A DNA stretch of 64,000 bases from Omnitrophica WOR_2 bacterium GWF2_43_52 (GCA_001805445.1 MHGF01000003.1:184429-248428), one strand, 5' to 3'; counted from the stretch's first letter, positions 8,642-19,077 are shown. Notes: generated by a model from the sequence alone, not told the origin. Translations and numbers: made by a program.

Positions 8642-9832
8642 ATGAAAATTTGCCTGCTTTCTGAAGGATATCACCAGTATAGAGGAGGGATAGAAAGCTT
8701 CACCCATATGCTGGCGCATAGTTTGATTGCCCAAGGCCATCAGGTACACATTATTACAACTACTGGAGAGGAAAAATTTTATTTGGAAGACGCCTCATTA
8801 CAAGAGAAAGGCTTATATATCCATAAAGTAACGCTTAAACAACAGCCTTTCTTTGGCTTCTGGAAAATCAACAAGATACTGCCTCTTTACGAAATATATT
8901 TTTCATATTGTATAACAAAAAAACTTAATGAAATCATTCGTGGCCATAAGATAGATATTTTTGAATCTTCAATCATTAATCTTTGGTATTTCAAGAAAAG
9001 AATCCCTTTTGTCATACGCCTGCATGGATACGCAGGCTTTGAAGAAAGATATTCGCATGATGGCAGCCTGCGTAATTTTTTGAGAGTTACCATAAAATGG
9101 TGGATAGAGAAGAAACTTTTAGAGAATGCCGACGCCCTTATTTCTGTCTCGCGCGATCATGTTAAAGCAGCCTCTAAACTTTGGAAATTAAAGCATGCTT
9201 CGGATATGCATATAATCCATAACGGCATTGATGCTACGCTGTTCTCGCCAGTTCGAGATAGTGGGAGCCGTAATAACGATATACTTTTTGTTGGGAGAAT
9301 ACATAAAGGCAAAGGTGTGGGCGTTTTAGTTGATGTTATACCAGAGGTGTTAAAGGATTTCCCTGAAACACAATTTATTTTTGTCGGAAAAGATAGTACT
9401 GATGAATACGGGAATTCATACACGGCACAATTAACATATAAAACACAGAATAAGAGAATCTCCTTTTTGGGCGCGCTTTCTCAGGAAGAGGTTATCGGTT
9501 TTTACAGAAAAACTTCTGTCTGCGTATTCCCATCGTTATTTCGTGAACCGTTTCCCATGGTAATGTTAGAGGCTATGGCATGTGGTTGTGCCGTTATTGC
9601 TTCAGATAAGGGAGGGTTTACTGAAGTAATACAGGATGGGGCCAACGGGTTATTGGTCCCTCAGGGAGATGCGGGACTTTTGGCCCTGGCTATTAAGAAG
9701 CTGCTTGGTAACTCAAAGCTTACGGATGATTTATCGCGTAATGCCATTAAAGAAATTAGAAGTAATTTTACTATTAACCATACCACTGAAAAGACTTTAG
9801 CAGTTTACCAAACTGTATTAGATAAGCCTTAG
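8642..9832 (+). CDS. Glycosyltransferase family 4
   Basis: IHNGID...LFVGRIHKGKG...FPSLFREPFPMVMLEAMACG. Confidence 0.9.
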   Translation: MKICLLSEGYHQYRGGIESFTHMLAHSLIAQGHQVHIITTTGEEKFYLEDASLQEKGLYIHKVTLKQQPFFGFWKINKILPLYEIYFSYCITKKLNEIIRGHKIDIFESSIINLWYFKKRIPFVIRLHGYAGFEERYSHDGSLRNFLRVTIKWWIEKKLLENADALISVSRDHVKAASKLWKLKHASDMHIIHNGIDATLFSPVRDSGSRNNDILFVGRIHKGKGVGVLVDVIPEVLKDFPETQFIFVGKDSTDEYGNSYTAQLTYKTQNKRISFLGALSQEEVIGFYRKTSVCVFPSLFREPFPMVMLEAMACGCAVIASDKGGFTEVIQDGANGLLVPQGDAGLLALAIKKLLGNSKLTDDLSRNAIKEIRSNFTINHTTEKTLAVYQTVLDKP

Positions 9833-9951
9833 ACTAAACATATTTTGTTACACCTACGCGGTGCAGCAGATGGAAAATGATTTTTTCACCGCGTAGGTGT
9901 AAACAGCACGGCTCAAGTTTACCGCGTTCACAGACTGGGAAAAACCAAACA

Positions 9952-10953
9952 ATGGTAAAGACTCCTTACGATATAGAGGTTGCCTGGCAGATAAACGACT
10001 TCTGCGATTTTGACTGCGCCTATTGCTGGCTTCATGAAAGGGATTGGACAAAATCAAAAAGATTCGCGGGGATACAAGACACACAGAAAGTAATCAACAG
10101 TTTTAATAACGCAGGGCTGGTCTGGCTGGTGCATATGTCTGGCGGAGAGCCGTTTTTCTCTCCTCATTTTATTGAGCTATGCCAGGGGCTGACTCAAACA
10201 CATTATATCAGCATCAATACCAACTTAAGCCACAAGGATGTAGCGCGTTTTGCCAAGACAATTAATCCGGAAAAAGTGGAGTTTATCCATGCAAGCCTTC
10301 ACATTACTGAAAGAAAAAAGCAGGGAAAGGTAAAGGATTTTATACAAAAATATCACACCCTTAAAACGCGAGGGTTTAACATTTTTGTTTCCTATTTAAT
10401 GCATCCGTCTATTTTGGGTAGATTTGAGAAAGACTACGCGTATTTTAAATCTGAAGGAATAATCCTCAGGCCAAAAATATTTTGGGGTGATTATTATGGA
10501 ATTTTCGGTATATTGAACACCCCGATAGTGCGAGAAGTAAACCGTTTTAATCATATACGAAGCCGCTTAAGGAAACAGTATCCCAACAGTTATACCGACA
10601 CTCAAAAAAACCTAATTAAGGCTTATATTGAAAAAAGCCGCGTTGATGAGGGCGCGATAGGGCAAAAGCATGACGCAGGGCAAAGAACCGTAGATTTAAG
10701 CTTAGATAAAAATTGGGCTGACGGCTTACTTTCCTTTAGAGGCAGGCCCTGCCTTGCGGGAGTAAAATTCGTCAAGATGGATCAATACGGAAAAGTGTAT
10801 CGCTGTAATGATGAAACAAAACACTATTTGGGAAATTTGTTTAATGGGGGAATAAAACTTCTCCCTGAGCCTATAGAATGTAGCGCTGAGATATGCAGCT
10901 GCCCCTATGTTGGCTCACGATATGCTTCTAATCAAATACTATGCCAAAAGTAA
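9952..10953 (+). CDS. Radical SAM protein with C-terminal Twitch/SPASM-like Cys region
   Basis: CDFDCAYC motif, SGGEPF, C-terminal C..G...YRC...LGNL...C...CSC; start placed at MVKTPY (ORF track start is 9877). Confidence 0.85.
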   Translation: MVKTPYDIEVAWQINDFCDFDCAYCWLHERDWTKSKRFAGIQDTQKVINSFNNAGLVWLVHMSGGEPFFSPHFIELCQGLTQTHYISINTNLSHKDVARFAKTINPEKVEFIHASLHITERKKQGKVKDFIQKYHTLKTRGFNIFVSYLMHPSILGRFEKDYAYFKSEGIILRPKIFWGDYYGIFGILNTPIVREVNRFNHIRSRLRKQYPNSYTDTQKNLIKAYIEKSRVDEGAIGQKHDAGQRTVDLSLDKNWADGLLSFRGRPCLAGVKFVKMDQYGKVYRCNDETKHYLGNLFNGGIKLLPEPIECSAEICSCPYVGSRYASNQILCQK

Positions 10954-11891
10954 GCGTTGTAATACCTACCTATAATAGGGCTGATTACCTGCAAGAAGCC
11001 ATAGACAGCGTTTTGGCTCAGGCCTACACTGATTATGAAATCATAGTCCTTGATGACGGTTCAACTGACAATACCAAAGAAGCTCTAGCTCATTACAAGG
11101 ACAAAATAAAGTATTTCTATCAGGAAAATAGAGGGCCTACAGCAGCAAAAAATTCAGGGATGCAAAAGGCCCGTGGAGAATATATCGCCTTTTTAGATGA
11201 TGATGACCTTTGGCTGCCTGAAAAACTCGCGAAACAAGTAGAGGCGCTGGACAACAACCAGAAATTAGCCTTTGTCTGCTCAGGAAGCTACGTTATAGAC
11301 AGCTCTGGACAACGTATAGATGAATGGAAAAAGGTTACCCAAAATCAGGAAACATTCAGTAACCTCTATGAGGCTAATTTTGTCTTTACCTTGACTGTCA
11401 TGATAAGGCGCAAATGCTTAGCGGCTACCGGATTGTTTGATGAAAACCTGTCTATAGTTCAAGATTATGACTTATGGCTGCGCCTGGCTAAAAGGTATCC
11501 GTTTGCTTATATCGCTCTGCCACTGGCACAATACCGCAAACACGACAGCAATGTCACGAGAAATATTCCACAACGTTTAAAAGAGCACCTGCGAATAGTC
11601 AATAAAAAGGAAATCGCGGGAGATCTTAGTTTTATCAAAAGAAGGATACGCACGGCAAAGGTATATATTCTGTTTGCGGCCACCTACTATGCGGCAAAAA
11701 ACTTTAAAAAAGCAGGGATATGTTACCTTAACGCCGTATTAACCTTTCCGTTCATAGGAAATTATTATTGGCCCAAGGAAGCTCTCTCTATGAGGTTTTC
11801 CTCTATCTATAGGATTTTAAAAATTTACTACATGGTTGCTGTGTGCTTTTTAAAGAATATTAACGCTCCCTGTAGTAGGCTGTTACCTTAA
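10941..11891 (+). CDS. Glycosyltransferase family 2
   Basis: VSVVIPTYNR...DDGSTD...FLDDDDLW...QDYDLWLR. Confidence 0.92.
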   Translation: MPKVSVVIPTYNRADYLQEAIDSVLAQAYTDYEIIVLDDGSTDNTKEALAHYKDKIKYFYQENRGPTAAKNSGMQKARGEYIAFLDDDDLWLPEKLAKQVEALDNNQKLAFVCSGSYVIDSSGQRIDEWKKVTQNQETFSNLYEANFVFTLTVMIRRKCLAATGLFDENLSIVQDYDLWLRLAKRYPFAYIALPLAQYRKHDSNVTRNIPQRLKEHLRIVNKKEIAGDLSFIKRRIRTAKVYILFAATYYAAKNFKKAGICYLNAVLTFPFIGNYYWPKEALSMRFSSIYRILKIYYMVAVCFLKNINAPCSRLLP

Positions 11892-11910
11892 TTTTTTTCA
11901 TCTGTAATTT

Positions 11911-11981
11911 GTAGCGGTTGCCGCCTGCCGGCAGGCAGGTAAGGCAACGATATTACAAGGTCAGCTTACGCTGACCCCTAC
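11911..11981. repeat. Inverted pair of GTAG-type REPs; the first is interrupted by a nested GCCTGCCGGCAGGCAGG palindrome
   Basis: GTAG-CG-GTTGCC[GCCTGCCGGCAGGCAGG]TAA-GGCAAC ... GGTCAGC-TTAC-GCTGACC-C-CTAC. Confidence 0.65.
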
Positions 11982-11985
11982 GGTA

Positions 11986-12162
11986 ACTACATTATGACAT
12001 AAATTTATGTAACAATGTAGTAGTACACTGTAACAAAAGTTTTTAACTCTTCCCCTCCCTTGATGGGAGGGGTTAGGGGAGGGAGATGCCCGACTAATAT
12101 CACCCCCACCTATCCTCCCCATCAAGGGGGAGGAAATTCAATAACTTATGTTACACTGTAGT
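11986..12162. mobile_element. Two tandem MITE-like elements: one reduced to its terminal inverted repeats, one carrying a family C palindrome pair
   Basis: ACTACATTATGACATAA/TTATGTAACAATGTAGT (11986-12021); TACACTGTAACAAAAGTT...AACTTATGTTACACTGTA (12024-12160) enclosing CCCCTCCCTTGATGGGAGGGG and CCTCCCCATCAAGGGGGAGG. Confidence 0.55.
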
Positions 12163-12190
12163 AGAGACAAATAGGAAAGAACAATAGACT

Positions 12191-13486
12191 ATGCCCAAAA
12201 GGATATTACTTGACCACGGAGCGAATTATAATATAGGCGATATTGCCCAGCTTGAGAATGTGGCGTTACGACTACTCCACAATTATCCGGATACCGAGTT
12301 ATATATCACAGACCGGCCTAACCTAAAAACATCACTTTGGGATAATGCCGCTATTCACAGACAAAAGTATTTCAGGGTCAACATTCCCGGCGCTCATGCC
12401 TTCTCTAACCTGCCTTTTGCCTGGCGGTATGATGAATCCTGGCGAAGGATGGTGTCAAACGTTGCCTTATTGTATTCAGAGCGAGCTAACATGCAAAGAT
12501 TATTCCCTGTCACCTATTGTGACAATGATAGTAAAAACAGCCTTGATTTAAAAGAATATTGCAAAGGCTTTGATGGCTTGGTTATCTCAGGAGGCGGTTT
12601 TTTTAATGACACATTGCATTATACTTTGATAGAAAAATGCTCTTTAATTAACGCGTTTATTAGCAAAGGTATACCGGTAATGCTTACGGGACAACAAATA
12701 GGGCCTTTTAAATCTACTTTAACCAAGAAACTGCTTAAAAAAACCCTAAAGAAGGTTTCTTTTATAGGCCTGAGGGACCCAGGGTATTCACTTACATTCT
12801 GCGAAGATGCGGGCATTAATAGAAATACTTTTGGGCTCATGGGCGATGATTCCTTGGGGGCGCCTTGCGCTCCAGAGACCACTATAGAAACGCTCCTAAA
12901 AAATAATCAGCTTGAGGCAGGGAATTTCTTAGCCGTAAACGTGCGCCTGAGCAATTACAACCGTGAGGTATACGCGCATATAAAGAATATTGCTTCTTTA
13001 TTTGAAAAACTGGCAGAAAGGCTTCAAATGCCTTTGGTATTTATTCCGATTGCTTTTAATACCCAGGACAGCGGGATAGCCGCGGCAAAGGTATTGGTAA
13101 AGCATATGCCTGGCAACACTGTTAAAATCTTGCAATGCCCCAATCAAACCCCCGCTATAACCAAAGGAATCCTCAAGAAGGCATACGCGGCTGTTGGGGT
13201 TTCCTATCATTTTTGCGTCTTTGCTTTAAGTCAAGGCACTCCGGCTGTATGTATGCATGATGGGGCGTATTACGGGCAAAAAGCAAAGAATATTTCCTTA
13301 TTCTGGCAGGACCACCGGCTTTCTCTTGACTTAAGCAAAACCTCCGTTGATGGAGCAGGTGAACAAATAATGAAGGTATCAAACGACGCGGCACTCAGAG
13401 AAAAAATCAAGGGCATCTCTGAAAAAGCATTATTGGAATGGCAGAATATTTTTGATAATAGATTAAAAGAATTAATGCGGCAGTAG
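12191..13486 (+). CDS. Polysaccharide pyruvyl transferase family protein
   Basis: NIGDIAQ, SGGGFF, GQQIGPF, LRDPGYS and SYHFCVFALSQGTP motifs. Confidence 0.85.
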   Translation: MPKRILLDHGANYNIGDIAQLENVALRLLHNYPDTELYITDRPNLKTSLWDNAAIHRQKYFRVNIPGAHAFSNLPFAWRYDESWRRMVSNVALLYSERANMQRLFPVTYCDNDSKNSLDLKEYCKGFDGLVISGGGFFNDTLHYTLIEKCSLINAFISKGIPVMLTGQQIGPFKSTLTKKLLKKTLKKVSFIGLRDPGYSLTFCEDAGINRNTFGLMGDDSLGAPCAPETTIETLLKNNQLEAGNFLAVNVRLSNYNREVYAHIKNIASLFEKLAERLQMPLVFIPIAFNTQDSGIAAAKVLVKHMPGNTVKILQCPNQTPAITKGILKKAYAAVGVSYHFCVFALSQGTPAVCMHDGAYYGQKAKNISLFWQDHRLSLDLSKTSVDGAGEQIMKVSNDAALREKIKGISEKALLEWQNIFDNRLKELMRQ

Positions 13487-13521
13487 ACAAAAGAAACGCC
13501 ATAGTAAACTATTTAAACGAA

Positions 13522-15846
13522 ATGAAAAATACGATTGCGGTTATAGCTCCGGAGGTTTTTCCCATTCCACCAGTAAAGGGCGGAGCAGTGGAGGGCGAGA
13601 TATACGAAACCGCTAAGGAAATGCGCGGCTTCAAAATCAACATATTCTCAACCCACTCCGAGGGACTGCCGCAAAGCAATCGCGAAGGAGAAATACAGTA
13701 TTTCTGGTACAGGCGCTCTTGGTTAGATAACCTCGCCCTGCTGACGTATAAACTCCCTTTTAAAAACAGCCGTTCTTTCGGGTATTGGCTATTTTATTCC
13801 TTCTGGTGCGCGCGGCTTTGCCGAAGGATACAGGCAAACATCATCCATATCCATAACCGCTGGCAGTTTGTGGCTGTAGTAAAGCGGTTTAATCCGGACG
13901 CGAAGATTTTTCTTCATATTCATCAGGTAAGCGCTTTGAACTTCTCTAAGGCACAGGCAGAGTATCTCAAGAAAAATATATACGGGTTTATCTCCTGCAG
14001 TGATTTTCTGGCTCAAAAAATAAGAGAAAAATGCTTCATCGCTAAAGAAAAAATATTCGTAGTCAAAAATGGCGCTGACCTTACAAGCTTTCAGCCAGCC
14101 TCTGAAACTGAAAAACGCGCGATAAAAGGCAGGCTTGGATTAGCTGGCGGTAAAGTTATCCTTTATGCCGGCCGCTTAGCAGAAAACAAGGGAGCGCATA
14201 TTTTACTACAGGCTTTTAATAAGCTTACCTATTCAGATGTTACCCTCATTTTAGCCGGAGGCATTACCTATAGCGATTCCACGCAAAATGAATACCTGAA
14301 ATCCTTAAAAACCCTGGCTGAGGGCAAAAAAGAAAAAATAAAGTTCTTAGGCCATGTCCCCCATGAGAAAATCCCTGAACTTTACAAGGCAGCGGATATA
14401 TTCGCGATACCTTCTCAGGTTGAAGAAGCCTTGGGAATATCCCTCATTGAAGCGATGGCAACAGGGCTTACGGTAATTGGAAGTAAGCGAGGAGGCATCC
14501 CTGAATTGATAGAGGATAAAGAAAACGGCGTATTAGTCAATGATTATTCAAATCCTGATGCCTGGCGCCAGAGACTAGATGCGCTTTTAGAAAACGACGC
14601 CTTAAGTGTAAGTTTAGGCAAGAAAGCAAGGCAAAAGACAGAGGTAAGTCTTAGCTGGAAACATAGTGCCGATAGCTTAAAACATTTGTACAACCAAGCC
14701 TTAGCCAATACGAAAACAAAGGTTCTGTTCATTGAAACCGGAAGCGGCTTTGGCGGCTCTGCCAAATACCTTTATGAGCTAACCAGCCGTATTAATAAAG
14801 AGAATTTTGAGCCTTATGTTATTTATTCCGGATATGGCCCAAACATCAAAAAGGTGATAGAGCTTGGTATACCGGCGCGAAGAATCAACCTGTTTTTAGA
14901 GGATAAACATAACATCCTGTTAAATTATCTTTATTTATTCTACTGGCTTATTTTTAGGGTACTCCCGAACATCTTTAGGATTGCGGCTATAATCAAGAAG
15001 ACTGCCCTTGATATCGTATACCTTAACAATGAATTGCTCAGTCATTTGCCCTCAATTATCGCGGCAAAGCTATGCGGAAAGAAAGTAATCTGCCATAACC
15101 ACGGGTTAAGGCAATTAACATTTATAGAAAGAAAACTTATCACCTATGTAGACTTATTTGTCTGTGTTTCAAACGCGACGCTTGAGGCTATTAAAGAAGA
15201 TGTTAGCAATAAACCGGCGAAAGTGGTGTATAATGGCTTGGATACGCAGGACTTTGACTTAGGGAAAATTGCCTTAGACAGCAAAATAGAAGCTCTCAAA
15301 AAAACCAAGAAATTAGTCGGGATTTACGGGAGGATCGTGGAATGGAAGGGGCATAGTGTGTTTGTTGAAGCGGCGGCAGGAGTGCTCCAGGACTTTCCGG
15401 ATACCCTTTTTCTGGTTATCGGGGATGACCTTACGCCGCGGAAAAATTTTCTTAAAGAAGTAAAGAGGCGCGTAAAGGAATTGGGCATCGAGAATAGTTT
15501 CGTCTTTACCGGTTGGCAGGAAGATACGAAACCTATGGTTTTAGGGCTAGACATAGTGGTGCATCCTTCAATAAAGCCTGAGCCGTTTGGGCTGGCGGTC
15601 ATAGAAGCAATGGCATTAGAGCGCCCCGTCGTTGCTTCACGTTTAGGCGCGCTTCCTGAAATAATTGATGATACGGTTGACGGCATATTGTTTGAGCCGA
15701 ATAACCCGCAAGATTTGGCACAAAAGATAAAGCTTCTCCTTGCTGACGATAGCCAGCGACAAAAAATAGGCAAAGCCGCTAGGATTAAAGTAGCGAACAA
15801 CTTTAGCATAGACAAGAATATACGTTCAATCGAGTCCCTTTTATAA
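13522..15846 (+). CDS. Tandem GT4-GT4 fusion glycosyltransferase
   Basis: Two complete GT-B modules with EEALGISLIEAMATG and EPFGLAVIEAMALE signatures. Confidence 0.9.
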   Translation: MKNTIAVIAPEVFPIPPVKGGAVEGEIYETAKEMRGFKINIFSTHSEGLPQSNREGEIQYFWYRRSWLDNLALLTYKLPFKNSRSFGYWLFYSFWCARLCRRIQANIIHIHNRWQFVAVVKRFNPDAKIFLHIHQVSALNFSKAQAEYLKKNIYGFISCSDFLAQKIREKCFIAKEKIFVVKNGADLTSFQPASETEKRAIKGRLGLAGGKVILYAGRLAENKGAHILLQAFNKLTYSDVTLILAGGITYSDSTQNEYLKSLKTLAEGKKEKIKFLGHVPHEKIPELYKAADIFAIPSQVEEALGISLIEAMATGLTVIGSKRGGIPELIEDKENGVLVNDYSNPDAWRQRLDALLENDALSVSLGKKARQKTEVSLSWKHSADSLKHLYNQALANTKTKVLFIETGSGFGGSAKYLYELTSRINKENFEPYVIYSGYGPNIKKVIELGIPARRINLFLEDKHNILLNYLYLFYWLIFRVLPNIFRIAAIIKKTALDIVYLNNELLSHLPSIIAAKLCGKKVICHNHGLRQLTFIERKLITYVDLFVCVSNATLEAIKEDVSNKPAKVVYNGLDTQDFDLGKIALDSKIEALKKTKKLVGIYGRIVEWKGHSVFVEAAAGVLQDFPDTLFLVIGDDLTPRKNFLKEVKRRVKELGIENSFVFTGWQEDTKPMVLGLDIVVHPSIKPEPFGLAVIEAMALERPVVASRLGALPEIIDDTVDGILFEPNNPQDLAQKIKLLLADDSQRQKIGKAARIKVANNFSIDKNIRSIESLL

Positions 15847-15848
15847 CC

Positions 15849-15888
15849 ATTCAACCTCGTAGGTTGAATTTTCAACCTACGAGGTTGA
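15849..15888. repeat. REP family A inverted doublet
   Basis: CAACCTCGTAGGTTG-AATTTT-CAACCTACGAGGTTG. Confidence 0.85.
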
Positions 15889-15908
15889 CGCGGTGAGGTT
15901 AAAAAAAT

Positions 15909-17357
15909 ATGGATGAAACTAGAAAAAATAATCAAATACCACAGACAAAGGCAGCGGTAAAGAAAACTAATTACAAAAGCTACTTTCCATTCTTTATCTT
16001 TATCTCCGCGATGGCATTTATCATTGCTAAGGACGTCCCCATCCCCACAGTAATTATGCTCCCTGTAGGGGTAGTGGGATTACTGGCGCTTGGACTCGGA
16101 AGTTTTTTTAATCCTGAGCTTTCCTTATTGATATTAGTCGCGTATGTGCCTTTCTCCAAGATACTCATAGGGAGGTTTGATGCCCAGATAACAGGCTTAA
16201 ACCTGACCAATGTCCTTATTTTCATTGTTACCTTAGGCTGGCTTGCTAACTGCTATAATACCAGGAAGAAGATATTTACCAAGAGTTCGCTGAATCTTGT
16301 AGTCCTCTTATTCTGCTTGTGGGGTTTTTTCTCGCTGATGATGGCGCGGTTTCTCTACGGCGAATTCTACGACCTGGAAAGTTTTTTTATCCTTTTTAAA
16401 CGCTGGGTTACCCCAATTTTCTTATATTTTATCGGGCTGAATATGGTAAAAAACAGAGAAACTTTTAAAAAAGTTATGTTTGTGGCAATGTTCTCCACCT
16501 TTATTATCGCGCTTATGGCAATCAGGGATTATATGAACGTAGGAGGAGGCAGCTTAGAGGAATCCCGCGTGGGAGGAGTCTTTGAACAGCCGAATATGCT
16601 GGGGGCATTTTTTGTCTATAACATGTTTTTCTTTTTATCGTTTTTCCTGTACTATTATCGCTCGCTGAAATACTGGCTTTTACTCATACCATTTTTGGCG
16701 TGCCTGAGGGGAATAATGGTTACCTTCTCGCGCGGGGCGTATCTCGCGTTTGGCGCGGGGGGCATTATGACTACCTTTTTTAGAAGTAAAGTCCTCTTTA
16801 TTATCGCTATGTTTTTGTTTATGGCCTCACTGATTAATCCTATTTATCTGCCGCAAGGGATGCGCGAGCGTTTGGCTTCTACGTTCGGGGGGGAAAAAGT
16901 CATGTCTACTAATGTGGAAGACATCACTGACAAAAGCGCGGGCAACAGGATTATCATCTGGAAAGGCGCTATTGAAATGATTAAGGCCAAGCCTATGTTT
17001 GGTTTTGGCTATGGAACGTTTCCTTACATCATCGGTTATTTCATCCCGGCAATGAAGGATGTGGACGCGCATAATACTTATTTAATTATTGCCGCGGAGA
17101 TGGGTATTCCGGCACTGCTTATATTCTTGCTGATTTTATTTATGCTGATAAAAAATGCCGTGTGGCTCCTCAAGCGGACAAAGGAAAGGTATTTCAAGGC
17201 CTTCGCGGTTGGCATATTAGGCAATATTTTCGGCCTCTTGCTTGCCAATATGTTCGGCTCAAGGCTCAATTCAGAGGAAGTAAGCTCATACTTCTGGATT
17301 TACGCCGGCCTCATTATGGCGGCGGTTAACATGAAAAAGAAGGGAGAGATTAATTAA
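15909..17357 (+). CDS. O-antigen ligase/Wzy polymerase family protein
   Basis: About 12 TM segments; QPNMLG, TFSRGAY, R..IW..A...I...P.FG.G.G.F, AHNTYL..AAEMG. Confidence 0.9.
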   Translation: MDETRKNNQIPQTKAAVKKTNYKSYFPFFIFISAMAFIIAKDVPIPTVIMLPVGVVGLLALGLGSFFNPELSLLILVAYVPFSKILIGRFDAQITGLNLTNVLIFIVTLGWLANCYNTRKKIFTKSSLNLVVLLFCLWGFFSLMMARFLYGEFYDLESFFILFKRWVTPIFLYFIGLNMVKNRETFKKVMFVAMFSTFIIALMAIRDYMNVGGGSLEESRVGGVFEQPNMLGAFFVYNMFFFLSFFLYYYRSLKYWLLLIPFLACLRGIMVTFSRGAYLAFGAGGIMTTFFRSKVLFIIAMFLFMASLINPIYLPQGMRERLASTFGGEKVMSTNVEDITDKSAGNRIIIWKGAIEMIKAKPMFGFGYGTFPYIIGYFIPAMKDVDAHNTYLIIAAEMGIPALLIFLLILFMLIKNAVWLLKRTKERYFKAFAVGILGNIFGLLLANMFGSRLNSEEVSSYFWIYAGLIMAAVNMKKKGEIN

Positions 17358-17360
17358 CCT

Positions 17361-17915
17361 ATGTTCCCAAACCTGAAATACGACTTTAGAAGAATATACC
17401 AAAAGACTTCCTATACAGGAAAATTGAGGAAGGTGTTTGCCTGCTTGGGCGCGCAGGGGTTTCAGGCGGTAATGGGGTATCGGATATGCCGCTGGCTATT
17501 TCTTAAGCGCATCCCTATAATTCATCTTATTATCCAAAGATTTATTGAAATTACCACCGGCATCTCTCTACCCCCGGAGGCGAAAATAGGCAAAGGGCTT
17601 TTGATAATGCATTTTGGAGGGATTATCATAAATTCTGACGTTAGTATGGGAGATTTCTGTACCATTGGCCATGGCGTAACTATCGGGAACAAAAGGCCGG
17701 GAGGCACATCTCCGAAAATTGGAAACAACGTGTATCTGTGCGCGGGGGCAAAGGTATTAGGTGAAATTGCGATCGGCGATAACAGTATTGTGGGAGCTAA
17801 TGCCGTAGTATTAGAGAGTTTTTCTGAGAATTCGGTAGTGGGAGGTGTCCCCGCGAAACTTATAAAAAAAATTGAAAACCCTCAAGAATATAAGGGTTTT
17901 ATCTATGAAGATTAA
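17361..17915 (+). CDS. Serine acetyltransferase-like LbH O-acetyltransferase
   Basis: TGISLPPEAKIGKGLLIMHFGGIII hexapeptide repeats; VVGGVPAK. Confidence 0.88.
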   Translation: MFPNLKYDFRRIYQKTSYTGKLRKVFACLGAQGFQAVMGYRICRWLFLKRIPIIHLIIQRFIEITTGISLPPEAKIGKGLLIMHFGGIIINSDVSMGDFCTIGHGVTIGNKRPGGTSPKIGNNVYLCAGAKVLGEIAIGDNSIVGANAVVLESFSENSVVGGVPAKLIKKIENPQEYKGFIYED

Positions 17916-19029
17916 AGTGTGCATAGTGATTGATAATCTTTATGCCGGCGGCACCCAGCGCCAGCTTTTAGAATTCCTCAAATCGTGCGACAGGCAGAGA
18001 TTTAATATCACGGTCATCAGCCTTGACGGCCAAAGGAATCCTATGGAGGCTGATATTGTTTCCTTAGGGTATAGTGTGCTGCGGGTAAGCCATAAGGGAT
18101 TTTTCAATCTCACAACTATTTTTTCCTTATGCCGCATTTTCAAAAGCGAAAAGCCTGATATTGTACATACCTATCTCTATACTTCAGATTTCTACGGGCG
18201 CTTAGCCGCCATATTTAGCAACATCACGGCCATCATATGCTCAGTGCGCAATATTCAGATCTGGAAAAAATGGTATCATCTTTTAGCTGACAAGATATTA
18301 TCCAGTTTTACTGACACAATAACCGTTAACGCGGAGAATATAAAGCCGTATTTGATTAAAAGGGCGGGAATTAATCCGGACAAGATACGTACCATCTATA
18401 ATGGCAAGGATTTAAGCAGGTTTGCGCACTTACGCGACGCAGATGAAATGAAGAGAGAATTAAGAATACCGCAAAATTCCTGTGTGGTGGGAATGGTGGG
18501 GCGCTTTAGCGAGCAAAAGGATTATCCTACGTTTCTCAAAGCGGCAAAAAAAGTATCCCAGAGCCTTCCCGACACCTATTTCGCCGCAATCGGAGACGGC
18601 CAGACAAAACAGGAAATGCGGGATTTGGCTCTGCGTTTAGGGCTCAGCGGCCATACTATTTTCACCGGTTTAAGAAACGATGTCCCGGATCTAATCAATA
18701 CTCTGGATATTGGGGTCTTAGTAAGCCATTATGAAGGTTGCCCCAATGTCATCCTGGAATATATGGCAGGGTCAAAGCCCACGATTGCCGCGGATGTAGG
18801 AGGATGCGCCGAAGTGATAGAAGATGGTAAAACCGGTTTTATCGTAGCACCCCGGGATACCGAAGCCTTAGCAGAGAAGATTATCACATTGTTAAAGGAC
18901 ACTTCAATGCGCGCGCGTATGGGGGAAGCGGGAAGAAAAAGAGTAGAAGAATGTTTTTCCCTAAAAAAAATGGTGCAAAGCACAGAAAACCTCTATACAG
19001 AGCTTTATCAGCAAAAGTATAGCCACTAG
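17905..19029 (+). CDS. Glycosyltransferase family 4
   Basis: GGTQRQ...IYNG...VGRFSEQKD...EGCPNVILEYMA; ATG 17905 overlaps the upstream gene. Confidence 0.9.
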   Translation: MKIKVCIVIDNLYAGGTQRQLLEFLKSCDRQRFNITVISLDGQRNPMEADIVSLGYSVLRVSHKGFFNLTTIFSLCRIFKSEKPDIVHTYLYTSDFYGRLAAIFSNITAIICSVRNIQIWKKWYHLLADKILSSFTDTITVNAENIKPYLIKRAGINPDKIRTIYNGKDLSRFAHLRDADEMKRELRIPQNSCVVGMVGRFSEQKDYPTFLKAAKKVSQSLPDTYFAAIGDGQTKQEMRDLALRLGLSGHTIFTGLRNDVPDLINTLDIGVLVSHYEGCPNVILEYMAGSKPTIAADVGGCAEVIEDGKTGFIVAPRDTEALAEKIITLLKDTSMRARMGEAGRKRVEECFSLKKMVQSTENLYTELYQQKYSH

Positions 19030-19031
19030 GA

Positions 19032-19063
19032 GAGGCGGAGCCTCCATAGGGAGGCTCCGCCTC
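19032..19063. repeat. Inverted doublet of a family B variant palindrome
   Basis: GAGGCGGAGCCTCC-ATAG-GGAGGCTCCGCCTC. Confidence 0.6.
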
Positions 19064-19077
19064 AAAACGTAGAAAAC

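Noticed and set aside
15324-15935. 203-aa minus-strand ORF and the many other antisense ORFs in the track (e.g. 1592-2005, 29698-30099, 53487-53876, 60894-61517)
   Set aside because: They are shadows of well-supported genes on the opposite strand and have no recognisable motifs.
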